A stretch of DNA of 64,000 nt, taken from Nemertoderma westbladi. Its lineage: Eukaryota > Animalia > Xenacoelomorpha. Positions 45,752-55,122 of this stretch are shown here, piece after piece (the stretch's first letter is position 1; the number at the start of each line of letters is the position of its first letter). Under the pieces are notes generated by a model. The model was given only the letters and a program-made list of their open reading frames with translations. It had not been told where the DNA came from and did no database searches. The translations under genes were made by a program, and so were the position numbers. Location: the NCBI GenBank assembly GCA_032718475.1, contig JAUCBJ010007253.1:124001-188000 (forward strand), given 5' to 3'.

Positions 45752-45890
45752 TAATATAAACTAACTTGTATCTTGGGAGTTTGGTAGTGTTTTGTAGTAA
45801 TATAAACCAACCTTATATCTTCTGAGTTCGGTAGTGTTTTGTATTAATATAAACTAACTTGTATCTTGAGAGTTTGGTAGTGTTTTGTAG
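45752..45890. repeat. Isolated internal copy of the edge-type C-D-E monomers (46+47+46 bp) inside the AB array
   Basis: taatataaactaacttgtatcttgggagtttggtagtgttttgtag, then ...accaaccttatatcttctgagttcggtagtg..., then ...cttgagagtttggtagtg...; matches the block starting at 48820. Confidence 0.95.
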
Positions 45891-48772
45891 TAATAAAAAC
45901 TAACCTGATATCTTTTGATTTGATTAGTTTTTTGTAGTAATATAAACTAAACTTCTTCTGAGTTGGTTATTTTGTTGTAGTAATAAAAACTAACCTGGTA
46001 TCTTTTGATTTGGATAGTTTTTTGTATTAATATAAACTAAACTTCTTCTGAGTTGGCTATTTTGTTGTAGTAATAAAAACTAACCTGATGTCTTTTGATT
46101 TGAATAGTTTTTTGTAGTAATATAAACTAAACTTCTTTTGAGTTGGCTATTTCGTTGTAGTAATAAAAACTAACCTGATATCTTTTGATTTGAATAGTTT
46201 TTTGTAGTAATATAAACTAAACTTCTTCTGAGTTGGCTATTTTGTTGTAGTAATAAAAACTAACCTGATATCTTTTGATTTGGATAGTTTTTTGTAGTAA
46301 TATAAACTAAACTTCTTTTGAGTTGGCTATTTCGTTGTAGTAATAAAAACTAACCTGATATCTTTTGATTTGAATAGTTTTTTGTATTAATATAAACTAA
46401 ACTTCTTCTGAGTTGGCTATTTTGTTGTAGTAATAAAAACTAACCTGATGTCTTTTGATTTGAATAGTTTTTTGTAGTAATATAAACTAAACTTCTTTTG
46501 AGTTGGCTATTTCGTTGTAGTAATAAAAACTAACCTGATATCTTTTGATTTGAATAGTTTTTTGTAGTAATATAAACTAAACTTCTTCTGAGTTGGTTAT
46601 TTTGTTGTAGTAATAAAAACTAACCTGGTATCTTTTGATTTGGATAGTTTTTTGTATTAATATAAACTAAACTTCTTCTGAGTTGGCTATTTTATTGTAG
46701 TAATAAAAACTAACCTGATATCTTTTGATTTGAATAGTTTTTTGTAGTAATATAAACTAAACTTCTTCTGAGTTGGTTATTTTGTTGTAGTAATAAAAAC
46801 TAACCTGGTATCTTTTGATTTGGATAGTTTTTTGTATTAATATAAACTAAACTTCTTCTGAGTTGGCTATTTTGTTGTAGTAATAAAAACTAACCTGATG
46901 TCTTTTGATTTGAATAGTTTTTTGTAGTAATATAAACTAAACTTCTTCTGAGTTGGCTATTTTGTTGTAGTAATAAAAACTAACCTGATGTCTTTTGATT
47001 TGAATAGTTTTTTGTAGTAATATAAACTAAACTTCTTTTGAGTTGGCTATTTCGTTGTAGTAATAAAAACTAACCTGATATCTTTTGATTTGAATAGTTT
47101 TTTGTAGTAATATAAACTAAACTTCTTCTGAGTTGGTTATTTTGTTGTAGTAATAAAAACTAACCTGGTATCTTTTGATTTGGATAGTTTTTTGTATTAA
47201 TATAAACTAAACTTCTTCTGAGTTGGCTATTTTATTGTAGTAATAAAAACTAACCTGATATCTTTTGATTTGAATAGTTTTTTGTAGTAATATAAACTAA
47301 ACTTCTTCTGAGTTGGTTATTTTGTTGTAGTAATAAAAACTAACCTGGTATCTTTTGATTTGGATAGTTTTTTGTATTAATATAAACTAAACTTCTTTTG
47401 AGTTGGCTATTTCGTTGTAGTAATAAAAACTAACCTGATATCTTTTGATTTGAATAGTTTTTTGTAGTAATATAAACTAAACTTCTTCTGAGTTGGTTAT
47501 TTTGTTGTAGTAATAAAAACTAACCTGGTATCTTTTGATTTGGATAGTTTTTTGTATTAATATAAACTAAACTTCTTCTGAGTTGGCTATTTTGTTGTAG
47601 TAATAAAAACTAACCTGATGTCTTTTGATTTGAATAGTTTTTTGTAGTAATATAAACTAAACTTCTTTTGAGTTGGCTATTTCGTTGTAGTAATAAAAAC
47701 TAACCTGATATCTTTTGATTTGAATAGTTTTTTGTAGTAATATAAACTAAACTTCTTCTGAGTTGGCTATTTTGTTGTAGTAATAAAATCTAACCTGATA
47801 TCTTTTGATTTGGATAGTTTTTTGTAGTAATATAAACTAAACTTCTTTTGAGTTGGCTATTTCGTTGTAGTAATAAAAACTAACCTGATATCTTTTGATT
47901 TGAATAGTTTTTTGTATTAATATAAACTAAACTTCTTCTGAGTTGGCTATTTCGTTGTAGTAATAAAAACTAACCTGATATCTTTTGATTTGGATAGTTT
48001 TTTGTATTAATATAAACTAAACTTCTTCTGAGTTGGCTATTTTATTGTAGTAATAAAAACTAACCTGATATCCTTTTGATTTGGATAGTTTTTTGTATTA
48101 ATATAAACTAAACTTCTTCTGAGTTGGTTATTTTGTTGTAGTAATAAAAACTAACCTGATATCTTTTGATTTGGATAGTTTTTTGTATTAATATAAACTA
48201 AACTTCTTCTGAGTTGGCTATTTTGTTGTAGTAATAAAAACTAACCTGATATCCTTTTGATTTGGATAGTTTTTTGTATTAATATAAACTAAACTTCTTC
48301 TGAGTTGGCTATTTTGTTGTAGTAATAAAAACTAACCTGATATCTTTTGATTTGGATAGTTTTTTGTATTAATATAAACTAAACTTCTTCTGAGTTGGCT
48401 ATTTTGTTGTAGTAATAAAAACTAACCTGATATCTTTTGATTTGAATAGTTTTTTGTAGTAATATAAACTAAACTTCTTCTGAGTTGGTTATTTCGTTGT
48501 AGTAATAAAAACTAACCTGATATCTTTTGATTTGGATAGTTTTTTGTATTAATATAAACTAAACTTCTTTTGAGTTGGCTATTTTGTTGTAGTAATAAAA
48601 ACTAACCTGATATCTTTTGATTTGGATAGTTTTTTGTAGTAATATAAACTAAACTTCTTCTGAGTTGGCTATTTTGTTGTAGTAATAAAAACTAACCTGA
48701 TATCTTTTGATTTGGATAGTTTTTTGTATTAATATAAACTAAACTTCTTTTGAGTTGGCTATTTCGTTGTAG

Positions 48773-49289
48773 TAATAAAAACTAACCTGATATCTTTTGA
48801 TTTGATTAGTTTTTTGTAGTAATATAAACTAACTTGTATCTTGGGAGTTTGGTAGTGTTTTGTAGTAATATAAACCAACCTTATATCTTCTGAGTTCGGT
48901 AGTGTTTTGTATTAATATAAACTAACTTGTATCTTGAGAGTTTGGTAGTGTTTTGTAGTAATAAAAACTAACCTGATATCTTTTGATTTGATTAGTTTTT
49001 TGTAGTAATATAAACTAACTTGTATCTTGGGAGTTTGGTAGTGTTTTGTAGTAATATAAACCAACCTTATATCTTCTGAGTTCGGTAGTGTTTTGTATTA
49101 ATATAAACTAACTTGTATCTTGAGAGTTTGGTAGTGTTTTGTAGTAATAAAAACTAACCTGATATCTTTTGATTTGATTAGTTTTTTGTAGTAATATAAA
49201 CTAACTTGTATCTTGGGAGTTTGGTAGTGTTTTGTAGTAATAAAAACCAACCTTATATCTTCTGAGTTTGGTAGTGTTTTGTAGTAATA
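48773..49289. repeat. Edge domain of the satellite: 186-bp tetramer (A47-C46-D47-E46), about 2.75 copies, the last monomer overlapping the FOXRED2-A exon
   Basis: The marker gattag recurs at 48804, 48990 and 49176 (186-bp spacing). Monomers C, D and E are absent from the bulk array except at 45752. Confidence 0.93.
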
Positions 49290-49453
49290 GAATACTGGGT
49301 GTAGAAAATTAGAATCGTGAGCGAACTCAGGTCCAGCAACGACGGGTGTTCCTGCTTGTAACAGATCTATCATTTTGCTTGCTTCTCCAGTAAAGTTGGC
49401 TCCGTATTCGAAAGATACGAGAAATACTGGTTGTTCGCTCGTTACAGAATAAC
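49252..49453 (-). CDS. FOXRED2: FOXRED2-like paralog A, coding exon 3 (GYSVTSEQPVFLVSFEYGANFTG...AHDSNFLHPVFYYYKTLPNSEDIR)
   Basis: Acceptor ttatgttattag| ends at 49454 and donor AAG|gttggt starts at 49251. The 202-bp exon is in frame with exon 2 (phase-1 join). Motifs EYG.NF.G and SNFLHPV.YYY..LP match my recollection of vertebrate FOXRED2 (MEYGRNFSG...[15 protein letters not shown]). Confidence 0.9.
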
Positions 49454-49879
49454 CTAATAACATAAGATATATTTAATATGTTAATTGATACAGGTTGTCA
49501 AATTCCGTTCTCACAATCCTCACTTTGTAACTCACAATCGATGCGTATTTACTCTATGTAGATTTTGTGGGAGCTGCAGTGCAGACACAACTGCCTGACA
49601 GTGGCGCAGCCAGAGTTTGTTACCTGTAGTAGTTTGCGACTATTTCTCGTCGAGTTATATAAAATAATTTAATAAGACTACATCTATATAAGACATCGAA
49701 TCGCGGGCAGCTAATCATCTCGGGCTAATATATTAATTAGGGTTCTATGTCTGATTTGGTTCTTTTGAGGTAGTTTTTTCTCCAATATCGGTCAGCCCAT
49801 TTGGCTGCTAATTTAGTATCCTATTTAGTTTATATTATATTATAAAATAAAAATAAAATATTACTTGACTTCATTATAT

Positions 49880-50115
49880 AATTATTTATATATTATCTAT
49901 AATTATTCTCAATCTGCTTCTATTTATAGCTATTCTACCCGATCGGCAGCCCGAGGTGACTACTATATCCAAACTGTAAGACTCTCTTCATCTCAACGCT
50001 CTTTGAGCTTCCAGGGCCCTCAAATTTGGAATATCATCCCTTCGGACATTAGGTCTTCAAAAACAAAAACAATCTTTTCTAAAAAATTTTAACAATATCT
50101 GTTAGCCTCTATCTG
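49880..50115 (+). mobile_element. Decayed 3' end of a CR1/L2-type LINE ORF2 (in intron 2 of paralog A)
   Basis: Translation YSYSTRSAARGDYYIQTVRLSSSQRSLSFQGPQIWNIIPSDIRSSKTKTIFSKKF*QYLL resembles the typical C-terminus of invertebrate CR1/L2 ORF2 (xSTR...FxGPxIWNxLPxxIR...FKKxLKxYLL). It contains an in-frame stop. Confidence 0.7.
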
Positions 50116-50390
50116 ATTAACTCTATTTTATTTTTATTTGTTTTTTTTTTTGTTAATTTTTTTTCCCTGAAATTAAAATGTAATTAATTATTAATAATTA
50201 ATTAATTAAATTATAATCCACAAAATGTAAAATTTATCAATATTGTATGTGTTAGTTTGCCTGCGTTGGTGCATGGACCTGACCCCTCGTGTGTTATCGG
50301 TTGCTTGTGTGATGAGAATCTGCCTCCCAATAATAAAAAACGTCAGCAAGTTCTAAATTGGCAAAATTCCGAATCTAGTATAAACTGAAC

Positions 50391-50815
50391 CCCATAGAGG
50401 AGTACTGGAACTACTGCTGCTCTAAATAATCGGTCCTTAATTTCCTGACGTATTATGTGTGACTTCCAAATCCTGGAAAGCCCATTCAATGCTGCCCATG
50501 CATTTCCCTTACGTATTCTGAGGTTCTCACCTGACTTCCAGATCCATGATCTCAGGTAGTAGAAGTCATCCACATGCTCTAAGCAAGCACACCATCCTTT
50601 GAGCTAATGCTCATACGATCAGACATTTCATGACAAAATGTTAGTCTTATTGGAGTTAACAAAAGACCAACACTAGAAGCAGCCTGTCCTAATGAGCCGA
50701 ATAGCCATTGGGCTCCTTCTAGTGATTCTGAGAGTACTCCTAACTCATCAGCAAAGTCTAGATCAGTTAGGTACTTGGGTGGGATTCCTCGACTTCTGGA
50801 GCCAGTGGGATGTGT
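50391..50815 (-). mobile_element. Decayed RTE-like non-LTR retrotransposon reverse-transcriptase fragment (in intron 2 of paralog A)
   Basis: The minus strand reads SRSRGIPPKYLTDLDFADELGVLSESLEGAQ...AASSVGL, frameshift, VNSNKT..., frameshift, LEHVDDFYYLRSWI...LRIRKGNAWAALNGLSRIWKS...IKDRLFRAAVVPVLLYG. This is the RT catalytic motif (FADD decayed to FADE) plus the downstream region typical of RTE-clade LINEs, with at least two frameshifts. Confidence 0.85.
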
Positions 50816-50872
50816 TACTATACCACCCCAAACAAACGCCGAGTTAATTATATCAGTTCATCTCATACTAAC

Positions 50873-50982
50873 CTGTTACTTCAGCCAATCTGTCGATAAG
50901 TTTCAAAGGGAATTCTTGTATATGTTTCACGGTTATACTATCAGGATTTGCGTTCTCCACAATGAAAATATCTCCTAATGTG
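50873..50982 (-). CDS. FOXRED2: FOXRED2-like paralog A, coding exon 2 (STLGDIFIVENANPDSITVKHIQEFPLKLIDRLAEVTG)
   Basis: Acceptor attttcag| and donor ACAG|gttagt. The 110-bp exon joins in phase to both neighbours and is homologous to paralog B exon 3 (TLGDILIV...ENFPVKLLHRLEEITG). It is not in the ORF track and was found by reading the minus strand. Confidence 0.9.
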
Positions 50983-51139
50983 CTGAAAATTATTAAGGGA
51001 TGTAGTTAATTCAAATATAAATTGTTAACTATATTATAATGGTCTTTAAATAAATACAACGTCAGATGAATATAATATACGTTTAATATAGATATAGATA
51101 AACTTTCATGGATTTATGTAACATATCGTCGGCTTTTAC

Positions 51140-52440
51140 CTGAACATTTGATAAGGAGCTGCCATTTCGTTAATCCTTTTTATAATAACCGTTTCTAATG
51201 AAAACAATGGTATACTGACAGCAGGCCATGTGTTGCCGTGGTAACGCCGTTCCAGAATGTTATGCAAACTTTTTACAGTGTAGCGAAATCCGTGAATAAA
51301 ACCTCCCGCGGCCAGTTTAAAATCATGAGAATGCGTCAATGTACCCATGACGTAGACATCTTGGATGACGTCACCGTCGCGATTGATGGCCTGGTAATCG
51401 TAGTCAATCTGTGGGAACTTTCCACGAACTATACCAGCTGGTTTAGTTTCATTAGAGAATATATCGAAATCCATTTTGAATCCGAGACATCGTAATACAT
51501 AATCGTAGGTCTCTCCCCCTTCATACATCCCATCTCCATGACAGGCGACTTTTATCTGATCACCTTCTTTAGTAAACACCAACTCTTCCATATTGATAAT
51601 GCCAGACTGCTGACAGCGAGTTTTAATATGTATGTTATCCAAGGGGAATACATTAATACCTCTAAGGTCTCCTATGTAGTGACTATCCCATGCCAGAAGG
51701 AAGCTTTCTCTGCTCGTCATGTGAATACGTGACGTCACGTCTTGGATGTGACTCGCCGTTTCAAATCCGCTGTTTCCGGCTCCCAGAATTAGAACCGCTT
51801 TGTTCCGATATTCAGAAACGTTTAATGACATTTCTTCGTAGCCGGTTAATAAACTGTTTCCTTGGTTACCGATATCGTCGTTGGGTTTAACCCAACCAGT
51901 AGAAACCAACAGAATATCGCAAACAAACATATCTCTGTCTGCGCTTTGTAGTATAATTTTACTTTCAGTTTCAATCGGGTCAGATTTCCCACGGTTCACA
52001 CTCACAATGTCTGTATTGTATCGAATATTTAAATCGAATTTAACGGCGAAATCCTTTAGATATTTAACCATGAGATCAGCGTGTGGGAACATTTCGTCTG
52101 AGTAATGAGTGAAAAGCATCGATTCATCGTCTGATAGTAAACTATTCCAATCGTGGCGTTCGTTGAACATCTTGTTTGTTTGTCCGGTGAACTTTTTATT
52201 TATAGAAATCAGAGTGCGATGTCTCGGAAAAGTTTCGAAATAAGAACCACTTATTGAGTTTCTTTCCAATATAATGTAGTCGCGTTGAGATTTTTCCAGG
52301 AAATATCCCATCTGGAGACCCCCTGGCCCAGCACCGATGATGCAATACTGATGACGGACAGGTGGGTTATTCCCTGTATCATCACCATTGCAGTTACTAA
52401 CGTAAAGCAAGACAAATAAACTCCATATGTATTCCTTCAT
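51140..52440 (-). CDS. FOXRED2: FOXRED2-like FAD-dependent oxidoreductase paralog A, coding exon 1
   Basis: Signal-peptide-like N-terminus, FAD motif YCIIGAGPGGLQ, family motifs FPRHRTLISINK, ERHDWNSLLSD, HYIGDLR and GGFIHGFRYT, and second Rossmann motif ILGAGNSG. The apparent ORF stop lies within the donor AG|gtaaaa at 51139. Confidence 0.93.
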
Positions 52441-52756
52441 AATACTTTAAAGTTTATTACAGGCGGCTAATAAATTAGTAACTTTCATCAAATACACACA
52501 AGAAATGGTACACTGGAACAAAATTTCAAGTTTTTACTTTGATTAATTAAATCAACACAATAAATGTACAAACAACTGCTAATATAAAATATTTAAATTA
52601 CACCACTAATTAGAATAATTATTAACTTAGATAATCTTGAAACTAAAATATTAATACGTTTCCAATTTTATACTACTCACAAAGAAATCAAGAAATTCAT
52701 GAAGCTTTAAAACCGGGGTATCAGGTAGCTAACTAATACTCAGTACCTCGAAAATA

Positions 52757-55122
52757 TAGTACCGTAGTACCTGGTGCCGCGGCACTCAGTACTACCGTAG
52801 TACCTGGTGCCTCGGCACTCAGTACTACCGCAGTACCTGGTGCCGCGGCACTCAGTACTACCGTAGTACCTGGTTTCGCGACACTCAGTACTACCGCAGT
52901 ACCTGGTGCCGCGGCACTCAGTACTACCGCAGTAACTGGTGCCGCGGCACTCAGTACTACCGTAGTACCTGGTGCCGCGGCACTCAGTACTACCGTAGTA
53001 CCTGGTTTCGCGGCACTCAGTACTACCGTAGTATGTGGTGCCGCGGCACTCAGTACTACCGTAGTACCTGGTGCCGCGGCACTCAGTACTACCGCAGTAC
53101 CTGGTGCCTCGGCACTCAGTACTACCGTAGTACCTGGTGCCTCGGCACTCAGTACTACCGTAGTACCTGGTGCCTCGGCACTCAGTACTACCGTAGTACC
53201 CGGTGCCTTGGCACTCAGTACTACCGTAGTACCTGGTGCCTCGGCACTCAGTACTACCACAGTACCTGGTGCCGCGGCACTCAGTACTACCATTGTACCT
53301 GGTTTCGCGACACTCAGTACTACCGCAGTAACTGGTGCCGCGGCACTCAGTACTACCGTAGTACCTGGTGCCTTGGCACTCAGTACTACCGTAATACCTG
53401 GTGCCTCGGCACTCAGTACTACCATTGTACCTGGTTTCGCGGCACTCAGTACTACCGTAGTACCTGGTGCCTCGGCACTCAGTACTACCGTAGTACCTGG
53501 TGCCGCGGCACTCAGTACTACCGTGGTACCTGGTGCCGCGGCACTCAGTACTACCGTAGTACCTGGTTTCGCGACACTCAGTACTACCGTAGTACCTGGT
53601 GCCGCGGCACTCAGTACTACCGCAGTAACTGGTGCCGCGGCACTCAGTACTACCGTAGTACCTGGTGCCGCGGCACTCAGTACTACCGTAGTACCTGGTG
53701 CCTCAGCACTCAGTACTACCGGAGTACCTGGTGCCTCGGCACTCAGTACTACCGTAGTACCCGGTGCCTTGGCACTCAGTACTACCGTAGTACCTGGTGC
53801 CTCGGCACTCAGTACTACCATTGTACCTGGTTTCGCGGCACTCAGTACTACCGCAGTAACTGGTGCCTCGGCACTCAGTACTACCGTAGTACCTGGTGCC
53901 TTGGCACTCAGTACTACCGTAATACCTGGGGCCTCGGCACTCAGTACTACCATTGTACCTGGTTTCGCGGCACTCAGTACTACCGTAGTACCTGGTGCCT
54001 CGGCACTCAGTACTACCGTAGTACCTGTTGCCGCGGCACTCAGTACTACCGTGGTACCTGGTGCCGCGGCACTCAGTACTACCGTAGTACCTGGTTTCGC
54101 GACACTCAGTACTACCGCAGTACCTGGTGCCGCGGCACTCAGTACTACCGCAGTAACTTGTGCCGCGGCACTCAGTACTACCGTAGTACCTGGTGCCGCG
54201 GCACTCAGTACTACCGTAGTACCTGGTGCCTCGGCACTCAGTACTACCGTAGTACCTGGTGCCTCGGCACTCAGTACTACCGTAGTACCTGGTGCCTTGG
54301 CACTCAGTACTACCGTAGTACCTGGTGCCTTGGCACTCAGTACTACCATTGTACCTGGTTTCGCGGCACTCAGTACTACCGTAGTACCTGGTGCCGCGGC
54401 ACTCAGTACTACCGCAGTAACTGGTGCCGCGGCACTCAGTACTACCGTAGTACCTGGTGCCGCGGCACTCAGTACTACCGTAGTACCTGGTGACTCGGCA
54501 CTCAGTAATACCGTAGTACCTGGTGCCGCGGCACTCAGTACTACCGTGGTACCTGGTGCCGCGGCACTCAGTACTACCGTAGTACCCGGTTTCGCGGCAC
54601 TCAGTACTACCGTAGTACCTGGTGTCGCGGCACTCAGTACTACCGTAGTACCTGGTGCCTCGGCACTCAGTACTACCGTAGTACCTGGTGCCGCGGCACT
54701 CAGTACTACTGTGGTACCTGGTGCCGCGGCACTCAGTACTACCGTAGTACCTGGTGTCGCGGCACTCAGTACTACCGTAGTACCTGGTTCCGCGGCACTC
54801 AGTACTACCGTAGTACCTGGTGCCGCGGCACTCAGTACTACCGTAGTACCGGGTGCCGCGGCACTCAGTACTACCGTAGTACCTGGTTCCGCGGCACTCA
54901 GTACTACCGTAGTACCTGGTGCCTCGGCACTCAGTACTACCGTAGTACCTGGTGCCTCGGCACTCAGTACTACCGTAGTACCTGGTGCCGCGGCACTCAG
55001 TACTACCGTAGTACCTGGTGCCGCGGCACTCAGTACTACCGTAGTACCTGGTGTCGCGGCACTCAGTACTACCGTAGTACCTGGTTCCGCGGCACTCAGT
55101 ACAACCGTCGTACCTGGTGCCT
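52757..55122. repeat. GC/CpG-rich 33-bp minisatellite (accgtagtacctggtgccgcggcactcagtact), about 70 copies, between the divergent paralogs; degenerate tail to about 55240
   Basis: Direct 33-bp periodicity. The unit contains the 12-bp palindrome gtgccgcggcac and agtact. Confidence 0.97.

Larger units (their letters stand above)
1..49289. repeat. Satellite DNA array with a 90/91-bp dimeric unit (A 47/48 bp: taataaaaactaacctgatatc(c)ttttgatttggatagttttttgtak; B 43 bp: taatataaactaaacttcttctgagttggctattttgttgtag), roughly 540 dimers, running off the left edge
   Basis: Continuous 90/91-bp periodicity from base 1 to about 49289 with only a small set of recurring variant sites. A and B are alignable to each other (shared taatawaaactaa...tcttytgakttgg.ta.ttt.ttgtag). 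Copy number is estimated from length divided by period. Confidence 0.99.

Noticed and set aside
1-49289. CRISPR array or centromere interpretation of the large repeat
   Set aside because: There are no unique spacers or cas genes and the context is eukaryotic. Centromere function cannot be inferred from sequence alone, and the monomer traces to a coding exon junction.
49599-49613. cagtggcgcagccag, resembling a hAT/MITE terminal inverted repeat
   Set aside because: No matching second TIR or target-site duplication was found by eye.
51238-52105. Short plus-strand ORFs (also 50775-50978, 57674-57892 and 61357-61722)
   Set aside because: They are antisense shadows of the FOXRED2-like exons.
51136-52440. 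Paralog A as an intronless retrocopy ending at the TAA at 51136
   Set aside because: The TAA lies within the donor AG|GTAAAA, and two further in-phase exons with proper splice sites follow.
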